Of a stretch of DNA of 64,000 bases, positions 24,507-37,325 are shown piece after piece. The stretch comes from Torpedo marmorata (taxonomy: Eukaryota): NCBI GenBank assembly GCA_977017645.1, contig OZ360222.1:19158001-19222000 (forward strand). Direction: 5' to 3'. The position numbers and the translations under genes were made by a program. The notes under the pieces were generated by a model, which saw only the letters and a program-made list of their open reading frames with translations, was not told where the DNA came from and searched no databases. Each line of letters starts with the position of its first letter. The first letter of the stretch is position 1.

Positions 24507-25257
24507 ATCAGAATCAGGTTTATTGTCATCAACATGTGTCATGAAATCATAACATTTGTTGTTTTGCAGCAGCGATATTGTGCATTACAGGTGCAAAATT
24601 GTTATAAATTATGGTTCCGTAAATAGAATATTTAAAAATAAATACAGTGCAAAAAGATGAAAAAGAGAGGTCATTGTCCATTAGTTCTTTGTCTGTTCAG
24701 AAATCTGATGGAGGACGGGAAGAAGCTGTTTTTGTGCCACTGGGTGTTCTTCTTCAGGCTCCTCTACCTCCTTCCTGATGGTAGCAGTGAGAAGAGGGCA
24801 TGGCCTAGGTGGTGGGGGTCCTTGATGATAGAGGCTGCCTTCCTGAGACACTGCATCTTAAAAATGTCCTTGATGGAGTGAAGACTAATACCCATGATGG
24901 TGCTGGCCAAGTTTACAAACCTCTGTAACCTTTTACTCTCCTGGGCATTGGCACCTCCATACCAGGCAGTGATGCAACCAGTCAGAATGCTCTCCACGGT
25001 ACACCTGTAGAAATTTGTAAGAGTGTTCGGTGACATACCAAATCTCCAAAAACTCCTCACTTAGTATAGCCGCTGGCGAGCCTTCTTCGTGATTGCATCG
25101 ACATGAAGGCCCGAGGATAGATCTTCAGGCATGTTGACACCCAGGAATTTGAAGTTCTTTACCCTCTCCTCTGCTGACCCCTCGATGAGGACTGGTTTGT
25201 GTTCTCCTGATTTTCCCCCTCCTGAAGTCCACAATCAATTCCTTAGTTTTGCTAACG
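24507..25257 (-). mobile_element. Rex1/Babar LINE 3' fragment
   Basis: NFYRCTVESILTGCITAWYG..KDPHH; CTGATTCTGA tail. Confidence 0.9.
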
Positions 25258-25589
25258 GGACTAGCCCCGAATGTTATCTTGGATGAGTTGGACCAGTGCC
25301 ATGCTGTATGACTTCATGACCAGAGACTTGAGATTCTCTGTATAAAAAAACATCATCTTCTCCTGCACTTATCCAATGTAACAGAAGAATATAAGAAAAG
25401 GGATCAGAGTCAAGCCTGCTCCGCCATTCAATAAGATCATGGCTGATCTGTCTGTGGACTCAGCTCCACTTACCTGCCTGTTCCCTAGAAACCTTAATTC
25501 CCGTACTATTCAAAAATCAATGTCTTCAAAAACATAGTGGCAGCCTCTACCGCTTCCCTGGACAGAGAATTCCACAGATTCACGACTCT

Positions 25590-25860
25590 GGGCGGCACGG
25601 TTGGTGTAGCGGTTAGCACAACGCCTTTAGAGCGCTAGCGATCGGGACTGGGGTTTGAATCCCTCGCTGTCTGTAAGGAGTTTGTACGTTGTCCCCGTGT
25701 CTGCGTGGGTTTTCCCCGGGGGCTCCGGTTTCCTCCCACCATTTGAAACGTACCGGGGGTTGTAGGATAATTGGGTGTAAATTGGGCAGCACAGACTCGT
25801 GGGCCGAAATGGCCTGTTACCGTGCTGTATCTCTAAATTTAAAATTTATAAATTTAAATT
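25590..25860 (+). mobile_element. HE1-like V-SINE inserted in a minus-strand CR1 fragment (~25390-26060)
   Basis: Head/V-domain/TAAATT tail; CR1 3' sequence on both sides. Confidence 0.9.
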
Positions 25861-26791
25861 TAATTTCAAAAATTTTAAGTAGCAGTTCCTCCTCATCTCG
25901 GTTGTAAGCCTTCTCCCCTGAATCTATGTTCCCTAGATCTAGTCTCACCTGCCAGTGGAAACAACCTCCCTGCTTCTATTTTATCCATCAATTTCATAAT
26001 TTTATAATTTCTGTAAGATCCCCATATCTTTCCAAACTCCCATGAGTTTCGTCCCGGCCTCGTTGAATTTTGATGTTTTCTTTATTGCTGTCACGTCAAA
26101 CGAGGTGAGCCGGGTGCTTTCTAAATGTAGGAGGCACAGGAAAATGCAGATTCAGCCTGGAATGAAATACAAATTATGGGCAGAAGTCAGCAGGCAGGTC
26201 GAATCGACGTTTCAGGTCGAAGGGTCTCGAGCTGGAAAGTCGACTCTCTGTTTTCCCTCCACAGATGCTGCCTGACCTGCTGAGTTCCTCCAGCAGCTCG
26301 TTCTTGCTTTATAAATGCTAGTTGCTAACAGGCTTTGTGTCCCATCTCCCCTAACACTGACTCTGATATCCTGCAAAGTTTGTTCAATTGGTAATGAATT
26401 TATTGTCATATACCGAAGTACAATGTACAGATGCTCTGAAATTCTTACTGGCTGCAACCACGCACAATTGTGATTTACACGAACTACAGAAGTTTCCATT
26501 AAGTTACCCCAGTGCAGAAGGAGATAATAAATAATATAAAGGATAGATAGATTAATAAATATTTACAGTTAGTGATTGTCATGTGCACCAAGATGCAGTG
26601 AAAAGCTTTGTTTTGCATGGTATCCAGGCAAGTCAACCCAAATTTAGGTGCAGCAGGTAGTGCAAAAGTGCAGTTGCTCAGAACAGTGTAGCTAAGAAAC
26701 AGTTCAGGTGCCAAGATTAGGTAGGGTTTGTAAGACTCGAGAGATAATCTTTTACATATGAGATTGCTACATAAATGGAAGTTTTTTTTAT

Positions 26792-27010
26792 GGCGGTTAA
26801 CGCAACGCTATTACAGCGCCAGCGACCCTGGGTTCGAATCCGCTGCTGTTTGTAAGGAGTTTGTACGTTCTCCCAGTGACCTGCGTGGGTTTTTTCCGGA
26901 TGCTCCGGTTTCCTCCCACCGTTCAAAAATGTAGGTCAATTAGGTGTATTTGGGCGGCACGGGCTCATGGACCAGAAGGGTCTGTTACCGTGCCGTACGT
27001 CTAAATTTAA
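26792..27010 (+). mobile_element. HE1-like V-SINE
   Basis: As in the other copies. Confidence 0.9.
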
Positions 27011-28049
27011 AAAAAGAAATTTTAATTTTGTTATCCTGTTGACCATGTCTCATCTCTCTGACTCAAACTGTGATCTGGGCCTGGGTCTCTGTGGCAAAGT
27101 GAGAAATATTTTTCATTAAAAACAGCCCAGTTAAGAAAAACACATTCTCCTTTCTAATCATAAATTACACAAATGCCACCTTATGGTATACCTGCACACC
27201 AAATTGTAGCACTCTTGCAACACGCTGTGAGTGTAATTAAACTAGCCCACGCGGTATGTTGATGTAAATAAGGTTCACTGTAGTGAGCGCCATACTACTG
27301 GGAGAGCTTATTTAGTGCCCTCTGCTTAACAAGCGAACTCTTGTCGGAAAGGTGAGTGTTGGGGCCATGCTGGCGGTGGTCCAGAGTGATTGATTGTGAA
27401 CACTCGGACGGCCTTTGTGTAAAGTGTTGTGCCGAGGCTTTCTGGAGAAGCCACTGGAGGCTGCAAATAAGGCAGCTCGACCACACAGTTCATGGAGCAG
27501 TCTGCCCTTGGGGCCCATTGGAGAACCGTGCCAAGCAGAAAGAAATCATTCAGCCCATCATTCTGGTGAAGGAGTTCTCAATCCTATATTCCCCCACCAG
27601 AAAGCCTCAGGCCGACAAACATGGGCAGTCTAAGCACTCCCATTCAATCAATGTGGACCATTGCCAATGAGGCCTCAACACTCTCCGTTCCTACAATGTT
27701 TCCCTTGTTAAGTGTAAGGCCACAAAATATGTTCGAGTAGGGTTCTCCCATGACTCTCACAACCTTGTTTATTTCAACAGATCACGAGGACTAGTTGCAT
27801 CACATTGGAAATGCTTCTCGTTCCAGTACGCGTCTGTCCCTTGTTCACGATGACGGAGAATTGATCATGGCGTTGCATTAAGCGACCGCTTGTTTTCCGT
27901 GCAGGCAAAGGATTTGCTCTTTTTTGTTTGTATGCCTGCGTGTTTGAAATTGGAGGATTGTTCCCTCAGCTTGCCTTGTGTTGTACAATAACGCTTCCGA
28001 AAAAGAAATAGACTCAACAATGTCACGATCTTCCCGCGGGGTGGGAGAC

Positions 28050-28865
28050 CTCAGAATCAGAATTTATTGTCATGAACCTCACGAAATTCCTTTTTCTGTG
28101 GCAGCATTACAGCGCAAGTGTTGCTATAAATTACATTTAAGAATAAATAAATTAGTTCAAAAAGATGAGAAAGTGAGGTAGTTGTCTGTAGTTCATTGTC
28201 CGTTCAGAAATCTGATGGCAGTGGGGAAGAAGCTGTCCTTGTGCCGCTGGGTGCTCGTCTTCAGGCTCCTGTACCTTTTTCCCGATGGTAGCAGAGTGAA
28301 GAGGGCATGGCCTGAGGGTCCTTGAGGATAGAGGCTGCTTTCTTGAGACACCGCCTCTTATAGATTTGTTTAATGGAGTGGACTAATGCTCATGATGGCG
28401 CTGGCCGAGTTCACAACTCTCTGTTGCTTTTTCCGGTCCAGTGCATTGGCACCTCCACACCAGACAGTGATGCAACCAGTCAGAATGCTCTCCACGGTAC
28501 ACCTGTAGAACTTTGCAAGAGTCTTTGGTGACATACCGAATCTCCTCAAACACCTCACGATGTATAGCCGCTGGCGAGCCTTCTTCATGAAGGCCCCAGG
28601 ATAGATCTTCAGAGATGTTGATATCCAGGATATGAAGTTCTTAATCCTTTCCACTGCTGACCCCTCGATGAGGACTGGTTTGTGTTCTCCTGATTTCCCC
28701 ATCCTGAAGTCCACAATCAGTTCCTTAGTTTTGCTAACGTTGAGGGCAAGGTTGTTTTTGTTACACCAGTCAACTAGCTGATCTATCTCACTCCTGTACG
28801 CTTCCTCATTGCCGACTGTGATTCTGCTGACAACCGTGGTGTCATCGGCAAATTTGTAGATGGTA
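28050..28865 (-). mobile_element. Rex1/Babar LINE 3' fragment
   Basis: [31 protein letters not shown]. Confidence 0.92.
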
Positions 28866-29271
28866 TTTATTGGTTTGAGCAAAATTATCAAACACATTTC
28901 ATAAAACGATCATAACGATTTGGTTATATTTTGCTGTCAGAAATGATATTATTTCCTTTATGATCATTGACTACCATCATGCCAACAATAATTTTTAAAG
29001 TGAGTGGAAGAGTTTAGGGAGACTTCAGAGGTAAGTATTTTACACAGAGAGCGGTGGGTGCCTGGAATGCATTGCTGGGGGTGATGGTGGAGGCTGGTAC
29101 AATAGGGACATTCAAAAAGACTCAGAAAGGCACATGGATGTAAGAAAAATAAGAGGGTTATGGGTGTGAGATAGGGAAGGTTTAGATTGTTGTGGAGTAG
29201 GTTTACATAGGTCAGCACAACATCGTGGGCCGAAGGGCCTGTACTGTGCTGTAATGTTCTGTAGTCTAATA

Positions 29272-29492
29272 CAGCCATTCTCAACCTTTTGTTTTTAGCT
29301 ATGGCCCTCTTTTGACTGCTCAAAGTTTATGGGCCCCCTTCCCTGTGAAGCAGTCAAGTTTTGGTTTCTTCCGTACTTCTCTCCTACCGACGACATAAAA
29401 ACAATTAAAAATATATGATTTCAGTCCACGGCCCCCCCTTAAGTGTGCTGTGGCCCCCCAGGGGGCCATGTGGACCCGATTGAGAATGGCTG
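29272..29492. mobile_element. hAT (Charlie-like) MITE, same family as 16020-16237
   Basis: Perfect TIR CAGCCATTCTCAA/TTGAGAATGGCTG; TSD GTCTAATA/CTCTAATA. Confidence 0.9.
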
Positions 29493-30078
29493 CTCTAATA
29501 TACACCAAACTAACTGGTCTATCGTTCACTCCCCTTTTGTCTTCCTCCTTTCCAGATCAAGGGAGTCACATTGACTTGCTCCCCCCACCTTAAACACACA
29601 GTCTCCAGTGTGTGACGCTTTTACCCTGTGGAAAAGATTTTGACTGTCCACTCTATCAATGCCTCCCATGACTTTAGAAACTTCATGAGGGACACTGGGA
29701 GATCCGCCGATTATTGGACATTCCCGAAGCCTCTGAGGTATCTAGATCTTTGCAGAATGCTCAGCGGGTCGAGCAGTGTCAGTGGGTGAAAAAATGGTCG
29801 AAACTCTGCATCCGGTCCTGATAAGGGGTCTGTCCTGAAATGTCGACTGTACTCTTTCTCCCACTGATGCTGCTCGACCCGCTGAGTTCCTCTAGCAGAT
29901 TGTGTGCAGCTCCAGATTCCAGCGCCGGCAGTCTCCTGTATGTCTCTTTTTCAGAGGGCTGTTGAGATCCAGTTATATGCAGACAAGTTGAGGCCAGAAA
30001 CCTCTTTCTGTCAAGAATGTGAGTGTAATTGTTGGGTTTTCGCAGTCACAGTCAATGGGGGTGAGAAATGAGAAATAA

Positions 30079-30432
30079 TGCAACGCTATTACAGTTGCCA
30101 GCGATCCAGGTCGAAACTGCCACTGTCTGCAAGGAGTTTATACGTTCTCCCCGTGTCCATGTGGACTTTCTGCAGGTGCTCCAGTTTCCTCCCACCCTCC
30201 AAAAACGTAATGGGTTGGTAGTTAATTGCCCTCTTTAAATTGTCCCTCGTGTGTTGGCATTGTAGAATCTGGGGAGAGCTGATGAAAGAACGGGGAGAAC
30301 TTTAAAAAAGGATTAACGTATAATTAGTGTAAATGGGTGATTGATGGTTGCCGTGGATTCAGTGGGGGGAAAAAAATACGCTCTAATTTTTTTGCATCCA
30401 ATTTGTCAGTCTGTCTGGTATCCTCTACCTGG
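30079..30432 (+). mobile_element. V-SINE (long form) plus shared 3' flank
   Basis: V-domain; aligned throughout with 38977-39302. Confidence 0.85.
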
Positions 30433-30444
30433 GACCAGCCTCAC

Positions 30445-30810
30445 AGTCATGGATTTATACAGCACGAAACAGTCTGACTCAACCCTGCTGACAAAAGTCC
30501 TATTTGCCTATATTTAGCCGATATGCCTCCAAACCTTTCCTCTCCATGTACCTGTCCAAATCTCTATTAAATGTTGTAATTGTCCCTGCCTCTACCACTT
30601 CCCCTGGCAGCTCGTTCCAGACACCCACCACCCTCTGCTTGTAAAATTTTCCTGTCAGCTCCCCTTTAAATCTCTCCCCTCTCACCTTAAACCTATGCCC
30701 TCTGGTTTTAGACTCCCCTACCCGAGGAAAAAGACTGTAACTACTCACCTCATCTATGACCCTCATGAATTTATAAACCCCTCCGCCTCCTTTGCTCCAG
30801 AGAGAAAAGT
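30445..30810 (-). mobile_element. CR1 LINE 3' fragment
   Basis: KTRGHRFKV..QRVVGVWNELP. Confidence 0.88.
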
Positions 30811-31135
30811 TTCAAAGGTTCCTTTTATTGTCACACAATAACACATTAAAAATGTAAACTTCTGTCTGCCGTAAGGCAAAGAGTCACCATGAGTCCGCCG
30901 CCCCTAACAAGAGGGGAAAGAGAAGCAAAAGAGAGTCCCTTCAGAGACACTGAGTGTCCGTGGATTCGCCTCCAGCGCCCCCTGCAGCCGCGCAGACTCC
31001 TGTCCGATCCATTGGCAACCCAAGCTCCAGATCCAAACCTCCGACATGATCAGGAAGTCTTCAGCGCCCGAGGCCCTTCGGGAACCTTTCTTGCCCTTAG
31101 CACCCTCTCGAATCCCGGCTCCGATACCTGGTTGT
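30811..31135 (-). mobile_element. Probable non-autonomous element with Rex/Babar-type 3' tail
   Basis: Minus-strand GTGACAATAAAAGGAACCTTTGAAAC tail and a GC-rich ORF-less body. Confidence 0.5.
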
Positions 31136-31665
31136 ACCCCTCGATCTCTGGTTCAACTTCCCACAATGCATTACTTCACATTTGTCCAAATAAAATTCCA
31201 TCGGGGATAAAGTACATGTAAACTACATCAATAGTGGCACTCTGATTGCACCTTCTTAATGCACAGACATAAAGTCATAACAAGATATAGCAGAGACACA
31301 GGCCCTTCCCCATCGAGCCTATACAAACCATCAAATGCCTGTTTACACTAATCCTGTATTAATTACATTTTATTCTCCCCACCTTTCCATCACCTCCCCC
31401 CCCCCCCACCACACCACCAATGTTGACATCATCTGCAAACTTACTAACCATTCCGACTACCTTGCCATCCAAGTCGATACCAATAGTTTGCCTTCCACTG
31501 AAGTTTAACAGTGCCCTGCAAACACTTGGATTGTGCCTTCCTTTGTAAGCGGCACAGTTACCATAGGGGTTAGCGCGACAAATGATTTAAATGATTTTTT
31601 TTTCTTCAGTATTCACAAAGGAAAGGAATATTGAGCCAGGTGAAGTAAGGAAATCTGGTAGTGAG

Positions 31666-31889
31666 TGTAGCACGATCAATGACCATTCACAGACACGAAG
31701 AAAGTGATCAAAGGCTTTATTGATCAGAAAGTTCGAGCAAGCTGCTGGCTCACATCCAAGGCAGGTATAGGGGAGGAGACTAGGGCTCTCAGCCTTTATT
31801 AGGGGATGTAATGGGGAGGGGCTACAGGTTAGTCCAGTGAGCCAGTGAGGACATGTCCGGCCATACCCACAGTACCGCGTTCCACCACA
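31666..31889 (-). repeat. 3' LTR (224 bp)
   Basis: Direct repeat of 37124-37325; AATAAA on the minus strand. Confidence 0.95.
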
Positions 31890-32115
31890 TTCACCCCTCC
31901 TTTTTTTAATAAAGTCCGGCGGGGTGAAGCGGCGCAATGTCCATAGAGTTCATAGTCTCATAGGTTAAGCCGCTCCGGTGGTTTTCTTTCGCGCTGAGAT
32001 CTCCGAAGTACTGGCTGTATCTTCGGATCAAGCTGAGCGGTATCGTGTTCGACCTGCTGGCTGTTGGATGGCTGAACTGTTTCTGTGTGTCCCGGGTCCG
32101 AAGGGGGTGGTGAAT

Positions 32116-35100
32116 TTATTGGTGGGGGGGGAACACAAGTGAAGGGAAACAATTGGGGGGCCGTCTTGGGGGTGGGATCCCCCTTTCATTTGTCAGGGTG
32201 ATCCCTGGGGCCGACTGGTCGCTGCCTGGGGATATCGGGTGCACCTCCCGTGCCGGGGCCCCCGCTCGTGCCAGATCCCGGATGGACACTGTATCATCCC
32301 GTCCGTCCGGGTACCTTACCGGCGCATACTGGGGGTTGGCATGCAGGAGATGCACTTCCTCGACCAGTGGGTCCGCCTTATGAGTCCTAAGGTGCTTCCG
32401 GAGAAGCACTGGCCCTGGGGTTGTCAGCCAGACTGGCAGCGTGGTTCCCGATGCCGATCTCCTAGGGAAGGAGAACAATTTTTTGTGGGGTGCAGCATTG
32501 ATGGCCGTGCAGAGTAGGGACCTGGTACCATGCAGCGCATCTGGGAGGACCTCTTGCCACTGGGATACGGGCATCCCTTTCGACTTGAGGGCCAAAAGGA
32601 CTGCCCTCCAGATCGTACCATTCTCCCTTTCCACCTGCCCGTTCCCGCGGGGGTTGTAGCTGGTGGTTCTGCTCGTAGCTATGCCCCTTGAAAGAAAGTA
32701 TTGCCGCAACTCCTCACTCATGAAGGCAGATCCCCGGTCACTATGAACGTAACTAGGATATCCGAACAGAGTGAATACTGAGCGGAGTGCTTTAATGACC
32801 GTGGATGTGGTCATATCCGGGCAGGGGATGGCGACTGGGAAACGTGAGTACTCGTCCACGATATTCAGGAAGTAAGAGTTCCGATTCGTGGACGGGAGGG
32901 GCCCCTTGAAGTCAATGCTGAGTCGTTCAAAAGGGCGAGTGGCTTTGATTAGTTGGGCTCTATCCAGTCTATAAAATTGAGGCTTGCATTCGGCACAGAC
33001 CTGGCAATTGCGAGTCAGCTCCCTTACTTCCTCCATTGAGTAGGGAAGGTTCCGGGCTCTCACTAATGGTAGAGCCTAGTGACCCCAGGATGGCAGAGGT
33101 TATAGTGGAGGGCCTGGAGGCGATCAACTTGCACCTTGGCGCAGGTTCCTCTGGACAGGGCATCAGGTGGCTCATTGAGCTTACCCGGCCGGTACCATAT
33201 TTCATAATTGTAGGTGGACAGCTCAATTCTGCACCTCATGATTTTGTCATTTTTGATCTTACCCCGCTGTTTATTGTTGAATGGTCTGCCGGCCAAGTAG
33301 TGCCTCCAGTGATGCACTGCCTCCACTATAGCCTGTGCCTCCTTCTCGATGGCGGAGTGCCTGCGTTCGGGGCCTTGGAGGGTACGGGAAAAAAATGCGA
33401 CTGGCCTGCCTGCTTGGTTCAGCGTGGAAGCCAGAGCGAAGTCAGAGGCATCACTTTCTACTTGGAAAGAGACGGATTCATCAATGGCGTGCATTCCCGC
33501 CTTGGCAATCTCGCCTCTGGTGCCCTTGAAAGCCTTACAATAGACAATAGACAATAGGAGCTGGAGTAGGCCCTTCGGCCCATCGAGCCAGCACCGCCAT
33601 TTTACAGATCATGGCTGATCACTACTATCAGTACCCCTTACCAGCCTTATCCCCATAACCCTTAACTCCTCTGCCCACTAGAGTCTTATCTAATTCTCTT
33701 TTGAACATAATCAGCGAATCTGCCTCTACCACCCTCTGTGGCAGAGCATTCCACAGATTCACACTTCTCTGGGTAAAAAAATTTTTCCTCATCTCCGTCC
33801 TAAAGGGCCTTCCCTGTATTCTTAAACTATGCCCTCTAGTCCTCGTCTCTCCCATCATTGGGAACAAGTAATCCGACTTCACCCTGTCTATCTCCTTGAT
33901 AATTTTGTATACCTCAATCATGTCCCCCCTCATCCTTCTAAACTCCATCGGATATAAGTCCAGTTTTTCTAACCTTTCAGCATATGTCAACCCTGCCATC
34001 CCTGGAACTAACCTTGTAAATCTGCGCTGCACACCCTCTATAGCTAGTATGTCCTTCCTCAAATTTGGAGACCAGAACTGGACGCAATACTCCAGGTGCG
34101 GTCTCACCAGGGCCCTGTACAACTGCAGAAGGGCGTCTCTGCTCCTATACTCCAATCCCCTCTTTATGAAAGCCAACATGCCATTTGCCTTCTTTACAGC
34201 TTTCTGAACCTGCATGTCAGCCTTCAGTGACCGGTGAACAAGTACACCCAGATCCATTTGCACTTCCCCACTCCCTAGCTTGTCTCCATTTAAATAATAC
34301 TCAGCTTTCCTATTACTGCCCCCAAAATGGATAACCTCACATTTGCTCACATTGAACTTCATCTTCCATTCTTCAGCCCACTCCCCCAACCTGACCAAGT
34401 CCCTCTGCATTTTCCTGACATCCTCTTCACACTTTACACCGCCACCCAATTTAGAGTCATCTGCAAATTTGCTCATGTTATTAATAATCCCATCATCCAA
34501 ATCATTTTCATAAATGACAAACAACTGAGGACCCAACACCGATCCCTGCGGCACTCCACTCGTCACATCCTTCCATCCTGAAAATGACCCGCTTACCCCA
34601 ACCCTTTGTTTCCTATTTCTTAACCAATTTCCTATCCACGTCAGCACCTTACCATCAATACCATGCTCCCTGATCTTGCCCACTAGTCTCCCGTGCGGGA
34701 CCTTATCAAAGGCCTTCTGGAAGTCCAAATACACCACATCCACTGGCTCTCCCAAGTCCACCCTCTTTGTCACATCTTTGTCACGGGCCTCTGCCGACGG
34801 GGGAAAAGTCGTGCTTCTCACTTGGGGTTGGGCCTTGTCCGCATAGTTAGGGATCCACTGGGCATAATAGGAGAAGAGCCCCAGGCACCTTTTAAAAGCC
34901 TTGGGGTTCTGTGGCAAGGGTAATTCCAGTAGGGGGCGCATATGCTCGGGGTCGGGGGCGATAGCCCCATGCTCCACCATGTACCCCAGGATTGCCAGCC
35001 TTTTGGTGCTAAAGACAGACTTTTTCTCATTATACGTGAGGTTGAGGCCAGGAACCTCTGCAGGTTCTCGTCGTGCTCCTTTTGGTCATGGCCGCAGATG

Positions 35101-36092
35101 GTGACATTGTCCAAGTATGGAAACATAGCCTTCAGCTTATTGTCATCCACCATGCGGTCCATTTCCCTTTGGAACACTGACACCCCATTCGTGAGACCGA
35201 ATGGGACCCGCAGGAAATGGTAGAGTTGGCCGTTGGCCTCAAATGCCGTGTACAGCCGGTCTTTTGGGCGAATTGGGATTTGGTGGTACGCCACTTTTGG
35301 GTCTATGGTCGAGAAGACCCTGTACTTGGCAATCTCATTTACCATCTCCGATATGCGGGGCAAAGGGTAGGCATCCAGTAAGGTGAACCGGTTGATGGTC
35401 TGACTGTAGTCAATTACCATCCGATGTTTCTCCCCACTCTTCACCACCACCACTTGCGGCCTCCAGGGACTATTGCTTGGTTCTATAATGCCCTCCTCCC
35501 GCAGCCGCTCCACCTCCGTTTTAATGAATTTTCTGTCCCTGGGGCTGTATCGCCTGCTCTTAGTGGCAATCGGTTTACAGTCCGGGGTGAGGTTTTGGAA
35601 CAGCGGGGGCGGAGGGACCCGGAGGGTGGTTAGTCCGCAGGTCGGATGCCCAGCCCGGCTTTCAATCGTGTGATTGGGCCTCCTCTGGGGAATGGGCGGG
35701 GCCTCCCGGTACTGGTTATTAGTGACGGTGGGTGAGGGGTGGGGCCCGTCAAACTGCATCAGCACCCATTTAAACTGGCACTGGAAATCTAGCCCCAATA
35801 TGACGGGTGCGCAGAGGTGGGGCATTACCAGCAGTTTAAAATTCTTATAATTGGTGCCCCCCACAGTTAGGGTCACGGTGCAGCTTCCACGGATTTCCGT
35901 GGAGAGGGATTTGGAGGCTAGTGCTACCTTTCCCTTGGCTGGGGACACGGTCAAGGAATAACGCTCGGCAGTGCCCGGGTGTATGAAGCTCTCAGTGCTT
36001 CCCGTGTCGAACAGGCAGCCAGTGGAGTGAGCGTTTACCTCAATGTCCATCATCGATCGCCCCAGCTGGTGTGGTCTCCCTTGGTCCAGCAA
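32116..36092 (-). pseudogene. pol: Gypsy pol (protease, RT, RNase H, integrase), frameshifted and interrupted by CR1
   Basis: LFDTGS; RMVIDY, VPFGL, YLDN; SDASD..FFSRTL..EKEA; HPG..C..C, IDFKGPLP, SDRG, NGQVER. Confidence 0.93.
33537..34782 (-). mobile_element. Young CR1 LINE 3' part nested in Gypsy pol
   Basis: Uninterrupted frame VYLDFQKAFDKV..KFADD..KGY*; (ATTGTCT)n tail; the host reads SAEAR|KAFK across it. Confidence 0.95.
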
Positions 36093-36314
36093 GATGGACG
36101 CCAGCGTCAGCTCACTGTCCGAGTCGCTTCTGCTGTTTCGGGGTGGCTGCCTCCAAGATGGCCGCCCGGAAGGTCGTGAAGATGGCCGCCCCCATGGATT
36201 TCACGCGGTCGAGTCTGGAGAAAAAGCAGGAAGTGACGTCAGTCCCTTTTGTTGAGCCCCTGTTCCAGAAGCTCGGTTTTCGGCAGCCGGAAATGATGGC
36301 GGTAGTGGGTGGGT

Positions 36315-37100
36315 TCAAGATTGCGAGGAGAGTCGCGGTCCGCACGCGGCACTGCTGGAGTGTGGCTTGGAGCGACAAACCCTGGCATAATGTCCCTTCC
36401 TCTGGCAGTTTGAGCAGGTTGCGCTACAGGCCGGACAGTACTTCCGCGGGTGTCTACTTTGGCCGCAGTAGTTGCACCTCGCGTGGTCGGCGGTGGCAGC
36501 TGCAGTCAGGGGCTCCAAGTCCCAAGATGGCGCCACCCGTTTTCCCCACCTGGTGGCCGCGTGGCCCGCTGAGTAGGCCTCCACGTTCTTTTGGGCCGTC
36601 TCCATTGCTAGGGCCATTTGCACCACTACCTGGAGGGACCGATCTCCTTCCTCCAGGAGTCGCTCCCTTATGTGTTGGGAGCGGAAGCCCGCGACGAGCC
36701 CATCGCGGATGAGCTCCTCCTGATAGAGCGCTGCGCTCACGTCCCGGCACCCGCAGGCTCGTCCCAGCTCCCGCATGGCCCTCACATACTCGTCTACCGA
36801 CTCACCAGGACCCTGGCGTCGGGAGCCCAGCTGGAAGCGTGCATACATGGTGTTCGCCGGGGCTCCATATTGTTGTCAAAGTAGAGCCATTGCCTCTTCA
36901 TATTCGGTGCAGTCTCGGATAATTTGGAACGCTCTGTGGCCCACTGCTGCAACGAGCAGATCGTACTTATCCGGGTCGGTTGTGATATCGTGGCGCCTCA
37001 GATAGGCCTTCAAGCAGTGTAGCCACATATCAAACTTTACGGAGGCCTCTGGTTCCTTGGGGTCGGTTTCCAGCTTCTCCAGTCTAATTGTCTTCTCCAT
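36315..37100 (-). pseudogene. gag: Gypsy gag with tandem Cys/His knuckles
   Basis: MEKTIRLEKLETDP..; RQGPGESVDEYV; CNYCGQSRHPRKYCP and CSNCQRKGHYARVC; frameshift near 36860. Confidence 0.88.
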
Positions 37101-37123
37101 GGCACTTAAAATTCTGATCAACA

Positions 37124-37325
37124 AAGAAAGTGATCAAAGGCTTTATTGATCAGAAAGTTCGAGCATGCCTCTACATGCTGCTGGCTCACGTCCAAGGCAG
37201 GTATAGGGGAGGAGACTAGGGCTCTCAGCCTTTATTTGGGGATGTAATGGGGAGGGGCTACAGGTTAGCCCAGTGAGCCAGTGAGGACATGCCCGGATAT
37301 ACCTGCAGTACCGCATTCCACCACA
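37124..37325 (-). repeat. 5' LTR lacking ~32 nt of its U5 end
   Basis: Aligns to 31698-31889 with about 10 substitutions and one 10-nt indel. Confidence 0.93.

Larger units (their letters stand above)
31666..37325 (-). mobile_element. Ty3/Gypsy LTR retrotransposon (Mag-like), near full length, disrupted
   Basis: TG..CA ends, 5-bp TSD GTGAG (31661-31665, 37326-37330), PPT AAAAAAAGGAGGGGTGAA next to the 3' LTR, gag-PR-RT-RH-IN order. Confidence 0.95.

Noticed and set aside
33628-34980. 450-aa apparent Gypsy-CR1 fusion protein
   Set aside because: Chance in-frame junction of a CR1 insertion into an already frameshifted pol.
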